From Phyllobates terribilis (Eukaryota): a stretch of DNA of 64,000 bases. The position numbers and the translations under genes are program-made. Each line of letters begins with the position of its first letter. The stretch's first letter is position 1. The DNA lies in assembly GCF_046119375.1 (NCBI RefSeq), contig NW_027362772.1:63984001-64048000 (forward strand), written 5' to 3'. The notes beneath the pieces are model-generated. The model ran no database searches. It saw only the letters and a program-made list of their open reading frames with translations, and was not told the origin of the DNA. Below, in pieces: positions 51,641-61,733 of this stretch.

Positions 51641-53119
51641 AAAAAAAAAATAAAAGCAGCACTTTTCCATGCAAAGATTGGTGCCTAGCATTCAGGTTTA
51701 TCACCAAAATCTCTTGCATATAAAAACTCCCCAAAAATGGAAGCAGCCCTATAAAGTAAGATGATCAAAAAAATGGATATTAATCAGCCCATGCAGCGTT
51801 TCGCCTCAACATGCCAGATCCTTTCTCAAGCATCGAACTCATATCTATTTCGTATCTGTCTACTTTTCTACCTGTCTTTCCACACAGCTCTATATAAAGA
51901 ACATCCCTGTTACATCTTCCTGTGTTTTCATGGAAAGGTGCAGACGACCATTTTCTGGCTGTGGCTTGTGCCCTGCCCTTCTCTATTGTACGCTGTGTGG
52001 GCTGACATCATGTGTATCATATCATATCTTCTACTATATCCTCTTCCCTTAATCTTTTTGTGTCTTTCTCTTTTCACAACATCCAGTTTGATTTGATCTG
52101 CACTTTAATGTATCATTACAGCTACCCCTAATCTCATATTAAACCATACAGTTACATTACATTCCTGTATCTGGCTAAGCAGCAGCGAACCTTAAATTAC
52201 AAGGCTTGGGGGCAGCCTATCAAATAGTGTCGGATACAATTTACATCTATGCATGCAAATAATATGTAGACAAAAATTGACTTTGTGCCAAAACTGTCAA
52301 TAGATTTTAGTCAGTAGAGTCAAAGATGTCCAACAAATATCTATAGGACGTCGCAAACAATCCCCTGACATCTCCCACCGGGTATCACAGGGATTCTACG
52401 GACTTAATTTTTTTCATTGTCTTTGTTACTATCCCCCTGAGATAAGTGGTGCCAGAGGCATCTGGCAACCGCTGCCAGCAGGTCTTCAGCTGAAAGCTAG
52501 CTTTAGTGACTCTTTAAGAGAAAAGGTACAACTTAGAGATTAGATCTTAATGGTAGATGGAAAGATTGAATGCAGAAGCGCAGATTTTTCATCGGGACAG
52601 TGATAATTGTGCCGGGATGATCTTGGTCTGTAAACTGGATCAGCTAATTCAAGCTTCTCATTACGTAATGTATGCAGATTGTAACTCACAAATGTTGGCC
52701 TTCAAAGCGGAAACACAATGACACAATAAAATAAACTGTGGCACACTCCAAAATATTCACTACTCATTTATATGAAAACATAGCTCGTCTACCTAAGTCT
52801 TACTACAAAGCAGATAACACAACCACCAGCATAACCACCATTGTGAAATGACGTCCAATGTCGAGTTTCTCCGACTTCTATTCCAAGGTCCATGGCTTGG
52901 AACAGGGTTAGACTGGTCGACCAGAGAACTGAAGAATCCTCCGGTGGGCCCTGGCTTCTCCTTCAGGAGAGTTCATAGTGCAAACCTTGCAGCTGCTATG
53001 GGGCTCTTGAGTGGGGGAGAAAGGTGGGCCCTTAGAATCAAATCCTCTGGTGGGCCCAATGTTCTTCAGTATGAAATTGGCTTGGAATAGGAATTAGAAA
53101 ACCTCGACTTTAGATTTAA

Positions 53120-53480
53120 AGGGGCTGTCCTATGAAAACAAATTACCACTTATCCACAGGATAGGTAATAACTTATTGATCAGTTGAGGTCTCACGGCTG
53201 GGACCTGCTCCGATCAGCAGAACGGGGCAACTTTTATCCTTGTTGGAATGGAGCAGTAGTGTGCAAGCTCAAGCTCCGCTCTATTCACTCCCTATGGAGC
53301 TAGCGAGTTCTGCACTTGTCTTTTTTTTGGAAGCCCCATAGTGGATTAATGGATTGGCATTTGGGCATCCGACCTACCTCTCCATATTGTAATGGGGATA
53401 AAAAGAAATCCCCAGCGGTCAGATCCCTACTGGTTGGTAAGTTTTCACCTATCCTGACTCGTTTTTACCCGACAACCCCT
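53120..53480. mobile_element. T2/Kolobok-type MITE
   Basis: TTAA|aggggctgtcc ... gacaacccct|TCAA; inverted subterminal caggataggt / acctatcctg. Confidence 0.7.
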
Positions 53481-53558
53481 TCAATTCTGCAATGGTGATT
53501 ATGCTAGTGGCTGTGTTATCTGCTAATTATTGATGTGAGAATATATATGTATGTATAT

Positions 53559-54067
53559 TGTGAGACGGTCACTGCTAAAATACTAGAGGGGAAATATGTA
53601 TCACTGAGGATGGTAGCTTCAGTGATATGAACTTGGAAAAATGTTCCAGCACACTATGTGCTGAGAGGGGTTAATCGGCCATATTAAGGGCTGGGTTTTT
53701 GTGAACAGCTGAAGAGAGGGTGTGAGGCTGTTCACCATATATCCACACCCAGGGTGTGGTCCAGAAGGTAAATGTGGAGCCTTTGGACTCATTCAGTCTT
53801 CGGTGTGTCTGGAGATGAGATCTCCAGAGCCGTGCTCATGTTAAAGAGAACTGAACCTTGTATTGTCCCCCTGAGCGGGTGGATCCCCGCAGCCACACAG
53901 ACTACTGTATGTTATTTTGTTTTTCCTGTTATGCCAGAAGGGCGGGTTTATTTTACTTAACATTGCACTGGTTGATGCAGTACATTTTTAATAAACCAGT
54001 TGAAAACGTAAATGAAAAGTGTTCCTGTGACTACCTCCTTGAGCAGCTGAGTGAGCCGATCTCCCAC
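53559..54067 (+). mobile_element. Probable older solo LTR, about 510 bp
   Basis: TATAT|tgtgagac ... gatctcccac|TATAT, with AATAAA near the 3' end (taataaaccagttg); terminal CA imperfect. Confidence 0.5.
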
Positions 54068-54273
54068 TATATATAATCTGTCATATCTATGTTTTCGTAT
54101 AAATGAGCATTAGATATATTGGAGATTGCTGCGGTTTATTTTATTGCGTCTGATTCACATCTTCAGGAGAGAGTATACCTAATACACATGTCAAGTGTTC
54201 AATGTGATAAACTGTGATTTTACTGAATTTGTGTGGATGAAACCGAAACCCAATTGACCCCCATTATAGTTAT

Positions 54274-55626
54274 TGTAACATACCTGGCGGCGTCCTTGCA
54301 TGGTGGTCCATCTCCCACTGTGCAAGAGGGCGCACTTGATCTCCTGTCCAGAATGTCTCTCTGGCTTCCCTCCATGCTGTCTGTTTGTGTCTGTTTCTGC
54401 TGCTTAAGGGCGGCGCCCGATCACTTCCTGCCTTTTGTACCTGCTGTGGGTCACACCCCTTGTGCGTCCTCAGCCTATTGCTGTCTGTCACTTGGTATAT
54501 AGCTCAGCAGCTCCCTTCTATCCCTGCCTGTGCATAGTGTTTTCCTTCAGTGTGTGCTTGCACTCTGAAGGTGCCAGGTCCCGTCTCTTGTCTCCTGCTT
54601 TTTGTATCAGTTCCCGTGTCTGAACTGAGTCCTGTATTTCTCCTGCTTTGTGGTATCAGCTCCCGTGTCTGAACTGAGTCCTGTATGTCTCCTGCTTTGC
54701 GGTATCAGCTCCCGTGTCTGAACTGAGTCCTGTATGTCTCCTGCTTTGCGGTATCAGCTCCCGTGTCTGAACTGACTCCTTTCTGTGTTCTCTTGTCTGT
54801 CCTGTCTGAACACGCTCCTAGCCTGTTCCTCTCGCCTTCTAGTGGCCGATTTCCTAGACCCGCTCCTGTGTCTGGTCTGTCCTGTCTGAACACGCTCCTT
54901 GCCTGTTCGTTCCGCCTCTCTGGGGGCCGTATTCCCAGACCCGCTCCTGTATCCCTCTGCAGTGTCGGTCTCCTCCGTACACTCAGTTCCAGTCTGAACT
55001 CTCTCCTGTCCTTTACCTGTTTTGCCTCTATGTCCGTTCCCTTCCTTTTTCTGCAGAGTCTGAACTCGTACCTAACTCCTGCTTGTTGTCTCTGCAAGTA
55101 CTGTGTGAGTATCTGGCTCTGTCTTTCCCTTCCTGTCTGTTCCGTGTGAACAGAGCCCTGTCCTCCCTGCTCAGCCTTGTCTGCACTCTAGCTGTGCTTG
55201 CCTGTAACCCTCTGCCTGTATTGTTCCTGAGTCCCGGTGTGTACTGGGTCCTATCCCGCCTGTGTTCCTACCTGCTAGTGCCTCCCTGTCTGCACTCTAG
55301 CTGTGCTTGCCTTTACCCCCCTGCCTGCATACCCGCCTGCCTGCATTCCAGTCGTGCCTGCCTATACCCTCCAGTCTGTGTACCAGCCTGTTCCTGTATT
55401 TCCCTGTGTGGGTCAACAGCCGTGTCCGGGGTCTGTCCTGGAGTAGCACCTGGTCCCTCTGCTCGGTTCCTCCTTGGTGCACTGGCGTCGTATGCCGTCG
55501 TGCGACCCTGGTCGGATCGGGTGAATACTTAGTCACGCCCCTCCAGGTATTCACTCTCCGGCACGGTCCAGTGGAATCACTATCAATCACACGCACACGC
55601 CGCTTAGCCCGGGCGTGTGCATAACA
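54274..55626 (+). repeat. 5' LTR of copy 2
   Basis: tgtaacatacc ... gtgtgcataaca; repeated at 57619-58971, at least 2 substitutions seen. Confidence 0.96.
54496..54535 (+). promoter_or_regulatory. LTR TATA box and predicted transcription start / self-primer GCCTGTGCAT (54526-35)
   Basis: TATATA at 54496; the 10-mer complementary to the PBS starts exactly 30 nt downstream. Confidence 0.7.
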
Positions 55627-55628
55627 GC

Positions 55629-55638
55629 ATGCACAGGC
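55629..55638 (+). other. Non-tRNA primer-binding site ATGCACAGGC
   Basis: Starts 2 nt after the LTR's terminal CA; lacks the TGG of tRNA PBSs; perfect reverse complement of 54526-35. Confidence 0.8.
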
Positions 55639-55771
55639 CATGGTTCCCGTTGAGCCCCACGGCCTTCGCTCTTTGAGAAGTTTTTCCAGCGAATACATGC
55701 ATTAAAATAAAATAAATAAATTTTTTTTTCCCCCTTTAGCTGAGTTCCAGGCGAATTACGCACCCGTCCAG

Positions 55772-57847
55772 ATGGATCTATCAGCCCTCGTTCCTGCGGA
55801 TCCGCCACGTTACTATGGGGATCCAAGACAGTGTCGTGCATTTGTGGAGCAATGCATGCTACACTTTAAGGCCTACCCTCTCTATTTTCCTTCCGATTGG
55901 GCTAAAGTGGCCTTTATGATTGACTACCTAGCGGGTGATGCCTTGAAATGGGTCACCCCCCTATGGGAAGCATGGGATCCTGTCATCCTTGACCTGCAGG
56001 CCTTCCTGGTGGCCTTTCGTATGGTCTTCGAGGACCCTAACTCTGAAGCCCCTGCTGAAGCTTCACTTCCCAATATCCCGGAGCAGCCCCGACGGGTAAT
56101 GTGTGTGGGTAGCGCAATAGTCCTCCAGCCCAATGAGACTACTGCCCACCCAGAATCCTCACAGGGTGACTACGCTTTCCGGAATACTTCTCTCAACCTC
56201 AAGAGGCAGTCCAGACGTGCTAGACTTAGAGGCAAGCCGTCACGCCAGGGTCTGTCCTCCCTGAGACCTCCTGACCCCAACCTTGAAGTCCCTACTGAAG
56301 CTTCATCTCCCTGTATCCCGGAGAAACCCCAATGGGTAATGTGCGTGGGTAGTGCACCAGTTCTCCTGGCCGAAGAGACTTCTGCCCATCCAGACTCCAC
56401 ACAGGAGAACTTCCTGCACCCGGCATCAGATGCTTCTTTCTCTTTAACCGGTGTGCATGTCCAAGGATGCTCCAAAGCTGTGGTTACCTCAGAGTCTGTG
56501 CACCTCTACTACCTGGCGGAGGATCCCCTGTTGCCTCCTGAACCCTCCGGGATACCACTCGATGACAAATGGAGAGAGACTTCTCTACACCCGGTACTCA
56601 ATACTTTGTCCGCTTCGTCCTGTGAGCCTGACAATGGGTACCCCAAAGTGGTAGTTACCTCCGAGTCTCTACACCCCTCCGACCAGGCGGAGGATCTCCA
56701 GTTGTCTCCTGAACCCTTCGGGGTGCTACCTGGTAGCGAAAGGACAGAGACTCTCCTATACTCTGTACCTGATACCTCGCTCGCTTCGTCCAGTGAGTCC
56801 AACTTAGTGTACTCCGAAGCAGAGGTTACTCCTGAGTCTCTACACCCCTCCGACCAGGCGGAGGACCTCCAGTTGTGTTCAGAATCCTTCAGGGTGCCAC
56901 CTGGTGGTGAATGGACAGAGACTTTCCTATATCCTGGATCTGATACCTTGCTTGCTTCGTCCAGTGAGTCCGACCTAGTGTACTCTGAAGCAGAGGTTAC
57001 CCGTGAGTCTCTACACCCCTCTGACCAGGCGGAGGACCGCCAGCTGTCTCCAGAACCCTTCGGGGTGCCACCTGGTGGTGAATGGACAGAGACTTTCCTA
57101 TACTCGGTACCCGATACCTCGCCTGCTTCCTCCAGTGAGTCCGACCTAGTGTACTCTGAAGCAGAGGTTACCCGTGAGTCTCTACACCCCTCTGACCAGG
57201 CGGAGGACCGCCAGCTGTCTCCAGAACCCTTCGGGGTGCCACCTGGTGGTGAATGGACAGAGACTTTCCTATACTCGGTACCCGATACCTCGCCTGCTTC
57301 CTCCAGTGAGTCCGACCTAGTGTACTCTGAAGCAGTTGTTTTCTCTGAGCCTCTGCACTCTTCTGACCCGGCGGAGGACCTCCAGTTGTTTCCTGAATCC
57401 TCCGGGATACCACCAGATAACAAAGAGACAGTGACTTTTCCTCATTATGTACGTGATAACCCGTCTATTTCTTCCTGTGAGCTTGACAAGATGTACCTCG
57501 AAGCAGAGATTACCCTTAAGTCTCTGTCCCCCTCCAACCCAGTGAACGACTGGCCCTCGAATTCCCTGCGGAAGATTCTGGCAGGCCTGAAGAAGAGGGG
57601 GCGTAAGGGGGGAGGTACTGTAACATACCTGGCGGCGTCCTTGCATGGTGGTCCATCTCCCACTGTGCAAGAGGGCGCACTTGATCTCCTGTCCAGAATG
57701 TCTCTCTGGCTTCCCTCCATGCTGTCTGTTTGTGTCTGTTTCTGCTGCTTAAGGGCGGCGCCCGATCACTTCCTGCCTTTTGTACCTGCTGTGGGTCACA
57801 CCCCTTGTGCGTCCTCAGCCTATTGCTGTCTGTCACTTGGTATATAG
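55772..57847 (+). CDS. 691-aa Gag capsid-NTD plus acidic 57-aa repeat protein, copy 2
   Basis: Intact ORF; three amino-acid differences from copy 1 in the track (SESFG>R, DTSL>DTLL, YVPD>YVRD); the last ~75 codons lie in the 3' LTR. Confidence 0.75.
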   Translation: MDLSALVPADPPRYYGDPRQCRAFVEQCMLHFKAYPLYFPSDWAKVAFMIDYLAGDALKWVTPLWEAWDPVILDLQAFLVAFRMVFEDPNSEAPAEASLPNIPEQPRRVMCVGSAIVLQPNETTAHPESSQGDYAFRNTSLNLKRQSRRARLRGKPSRQGLSSLRPPDPNLEVPTEASSPCIPEKPQWVMCVGSAPVLLAEETSAHPDSTQENFLHPASDASFSLTGVHVQGCSKAVVTSESVHLYYLAEDPLLPPEPSGIPLDDKWRETSLHPVLNTLSASSCEPDNGYPKVVVTSESLHPSDQAEDLQLSPEPFGVLPGSERTETLLYSVPDTSLASSSESNLVYSEAEVTPESLHPSDQAEDLQLCSESFRVPPGGEWTETFLYPGSDTLLASSSESDLVYSEAEVTRESLHPSDQAEDRQLSPEPFGVPPGGEWTETFLYSVPDTSPASSSESDLVYSEAEVTRESLHPSDQAEDRQLSPEPFGVPPGGEWTETFLYSVPDTSPASSSESDLVYSEAVVFSEPLHSSDPAEDLQLFPESSGIPPDNKETVTFPHYVRDNPSISSCELDKMYLEAEITLKSLSPSNPVNDWPSNSLRKILAGLKKRGRKGGGTVTYLAASLHGGPSPTVQEGALDLLSRMSLWLPSMLSVCVCFCCLRAAPDHFLPFVPAVGHTPCASSAYCCLSLGI
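57605..57615 (+). other. Polypurine tract
   Basis: (gaagaagagggggcgt)aaggggggagg-tac|tgtaaca, immediately before the 3' LTR. Confidence 0.85.
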
Positions 57848-58971
57848 CTCAGCAGCTCCCTTCTATCCCTGCCTGTGCATAGTGTTTTCCTTCAGTGTGT
57901 GCTTGCACTCTGAAGGTGCCAGGTCCCGTCTCTTGTCTCCTGCTTTTTGTATCAGTTCCCGTGTCTGAACTGAGTCCTGTATTTCTCCTGCTTTGCGGTA
58001 TCAGCTCCCGTGTCTGAACTGAGTCCTGTATGTCTCCTGCTTTGCGGTATCAGCTCCCGTGTCTGAACTGAGTCCTGTATGTCTCCTGCTTTGCGGTATC
58101 AGCTCCCGTGTCTGAACTGACTCCTTTCTGTGTTCTCTTGTCTGTCCTGTCTGAACACGCTCCTAGCCTGTTCCTCTCGCCTTCTAGTGGCCGATTTCCT
58201 AGACCCGCTCCTGTGTCTGGTCTGTCCTGTCTGAACACGCTCCTTGCCTGTTCGTTCCGCCTCTCTGGGGGCCGTATTCCCAGACCCGCTCCTGTATCCC
58301 TCTGCAGTGTCGGTCTCCTCCGTACACTCAGTTCCAGTCTGAACTCTCTCCTGTCCTTTACCTGTTTTGCCTCTATGTCCGTTCCCTTCCTTTTTCTGCA
58401 GAGTCTGAACTCGTACCTAACTCCTGCTTGTTGTCTCTGCAAGTACTGTGTGAGTATCTGGCTCTGTCTTTCCCTTCCTGTCTGTTCCGTGTGAACAGAG
58501 CCCTGTCCTCCCTGCTCAGCCTTGTCTGCACTCTAGCTGTGCTTGCCTGTAACCCTCTGCCTGTATTGTTCCTGAGTCCCGGTGTGTACTGGGTCCTATC
58601 CCGCCTGTGTTCCTACCTGCTAGTGCCTCCCTGTCTGCACTCTAGCTGTGCTTGCCTTTACCCCCCTGCCTGCATACCCGCCTGCCTGCATTCCAGTCGT
58701 GCCTGCCTATACCCTCCAGTCTGTGTACCAGCCTGTTCCTGTATTTCCCTGTGTGAGTCAACAGCCGTGTCCGGGGTCTGTCCTGGAGTAGCACCTGGTC
58801 CCTCTGCTCGGTTCCTCCTTGGTGCACTGGCGTCGTATGCCGTCGTGCGACCCTGGTCGGATCGGGTGAATACTTAGTCACGCCCCTCCAGGTATTCACT
58901 CTCCGGCACGGTCCAGTGGAATCACTATCAATCACACGCACACGCCGCTTAGCCCGGGCGTGTGCATAACA
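57619..58971 (+). repeat. 3' LTR of copy 2
   Basis: Direct repeat of 54274-55626. Confidence 0.96.
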
Positions 58972-59084
58972 GTTATAACCCTTTGGTATTCAAAATGTAT
59001 AGTTATGTACTAAATTTTAAAACACTGGGTGCCAACCTGACACTGCCTGTAGTCTACTTAGGTATGCTGATGACAAGGGTAAGC

Positions 59085-59700
59085 TTTAAGGGAATGGGTG
59101 GACTGCAATACCAAGATAGTTTGGAAAAACTAAGGCTTTGGGGTGATCTTATTACAATATGCAAATATATGAGGGGACAGTACAGAGATCGATATAATGA
59201 TCTTTTCAGACCTAGGCCTGTGATGGGGACAAGGGGCATCCTCTACATCTAAAAGATAGTTCTAATCATAATTACAGACCATGATTCTTTACTCTACAAG
59301 TAGTGAAACTATGGATTCTTTACTGTAAGAGCAGTGAGACTATGGATTCTTTACTGTAAGAGCAGTGAAACTATGGATTCTTTACTGTAAGAGCAGTGAA
59401 ACTATGGATTCTTTTCTGTAAGAGCAGTGAGATTATGGAACTCTCTGTCACAACTTGTTGTAATGGTCTAAACCAGTTCAAGAAGGGCCTGGATGCCTTT
59501 CTTGATAACTGATATTACAGGTTATAGATATCTGTGTTAGGATGCTGATCCAGGGAACTAGTCTGATTGTTGTATGTGGAGTCGGAAAGGAATTTTTCCC
59601 TTAATATTGGGAAATTTTTTATCTGACTCAAGGGTTTCTCTCCCTTCCTCTGGATCAACATGTTAGGGTATAAGTTAAAGTTGATGGAATTGTGTCTTCT
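59085..59700 (+). mobile_element. CR1 LINE 3' fragment (RT C-terminal tail and 3' UTR) with an internal 31-bp tandem expansion
   Basis: Translates as GLQYQDSLEKL..GDLITICKYMRGQYRD...TRG; ggattctttactgtaagagcagtgag (FFTVRAV motif) repeated; ttcaagaagggcctggatgcctt downstream. Confidence 0.85.
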
Positions 59701-61733
59701 TTCAACCTTAAAACTTTGTGCTGATTCTATCACAGATGTTATTTTCCTTTTTATGTTCATATAGGTTGCACAAAACCAAAAATAATAGCACTGGTGTCCT
59801 TACCCCAATATTCTCCAAGACAAGAATGGGAGTAGGGGGGTCATGGATGTGGAGACATCTTTACAGGGATCCTTATACGGTAAAAAAAAGTGGGGAAGCT
59901 ATGTAGAAGATATTTGTACACCACTTTGACTGCTGAAGAATGAATTATGTACTTGTATTGACTATGGCGTAAAATGCATCTACAGTTTGACAAAACTTTT
60001 GAAGGCTGAAAGTTTGCTGGGCGATAATGCAGGTGCTGAGACCACGATCAATTGCTAAAATAAAGGGTCAGAAGCGCTCATTTATACACTTGGCCCCTTT
60101 GGCTGTGTTTGCCCATGGGACACTGCTGGCAGTATATGGGCTCATACAAAGTACTTGGGTTTGTGCCTCGCTTTGCTCATTCTCTGCCAAGACCTGAGAA
60201 CAACCAACCAAAATGGCACAGTGGTCATCCGAGTGCTTCTGCCCTTTCGTTAGAATTGGTGAGGATCCCAACACCACCTGGACCCCATTGTTCAAAACTT
60301 TTAAAGCTATTCTGAAAAAGTAGTACAACTCTAAATAAAGTAGCATAATATATAAATATAAAGTAGCATAATGTATATTCTGGTTGTTTTTTTTGTATGA
60401 CCAATGTATCTAGATACATTATTGACATTTTATTTACATCCTAATCAGAGGAGAGTCATTCATGCACATAGATAGACACTATGGACAAGTGTACCACAAC
60501 CCATCTTATTAATGTCTAGATAGGCAAATTTTGGACCATTCAACTATATAGAAGTCTCTGATGTCTCATTTACTGACCTGTTTACACAGGGCGCTAAAAA
60601 CTGATGGGGCAGAACAACCATTAATATCATTGTTCTTACAAATACAGCATCATATTCTCAGCAGGACATCCGTTTGCACTGTCTATAATGATAATGTTTA
60701 TGCTGGCTTAAAAGATCCAATCATCCAACTAATGAGCGTTTAACTTGTTCGTCGTGTAATCGTCGGCATGTTTACACTGCCTTCAGTCATGAACATTCGT
60801 TTGCTGATTATCGGACCGAACACTTTAGAAAACTCCATTGAAAGAACAAATCATAGATGCTGTAAAGATCTATACATTTTTATTGAGTTGTCTGCACTAC
60901 ACATTGAGGAAGGGTTCGCTAACGAGGCTTCTGATGGTTGTGTAGGTAAAGTAAGAAAGCAAGGGTACAATTATAAATGAGAAAAATAATGAAGGGGCGC
61001 AATTTTTTTTAAAGAACTTACTAAAATAATGCAGAGAAAAATCAGCCGCTGATTCTTGATAAGGTAGAAAATAAATCAAGTAACGGGTTAAAATCGGTTA
61101 ACAAGTGAAGGGGAGAAGACATTGCCACCAGATATATAGTGGTCACCAACCAGCACAAGATATGGACAATTAGAAGAGGACCAAAACGCGTCTCTTCTCA
61201 ATGCCGAAAAGTTAAAAAGGGTTGTATGCTACTAAAAGAAATATGGCTGCTTTCTTCTAGAAATGACTCCCCTTTTGTGCACTGGCTGTTGTGTGTGATA
61301 TTGCAGATCAACCGCTGTCCAGGTGGAGCTGTTTCTGGATGAAATTTTATCCAGCCACTTTTTAGTAATAAAGATTAACACAATATTCAGTTATTATTTG
61401 GAGAAATCAAAACAGGGTTAGGGGATTTAATTTCTACTTCTGGCTTTAAAGGAGCAGTTCAGTGATTTTTGTTATTTTCCTGTGTGCTAGTTATCATGTA
61501 TATGAGTGTAATTCGTGTAGTAACATGGTCACCGTCTTGTCCCGGTATCTGCTTGGATCCGGTCCACTCCGGTGTTACGTGACTGCCTCTGTTACATTGT
61601 AAAGCAATGTTACAATCTTAATTTAAGGACGCATTCAGACGTTCGTACAAATCGATCCAAGATCGGACCGCAATGCATGGAGTGGCCGTAGGTCTCCCAA
61701 TTGAAGCATGACAGCTTCATAGAAATATATGAA

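Larger units (their letters stand above)
54274..58971 (+). mobile_element. Non-autonomous Ty3/gypsy-type LTR retroelement, copy 2 (4698 bp)
   Basis: TSD GTTAT (54269-73, 58972-76); two 1353-bp LTRs; same internal region as copy 1. Confidence 0.97.

Noticed and set aside
51790-51840. cttgagaaagg...gcgaaacgc motif resembling a PLE tail or hammerhead
   Set aside because: Lacks the CUGANGA core and clear stems; possibly a Penelope remnant, but not supportable as a ribozyme.
56509-57423. 304-aa antisense ORF (also 31969-32883)
   Set aside because: Shadow of the repeated 171-bp coding unit, with no recognisable domain and no visible promoter. An RTL1-like antisense transcript cannot be supported.
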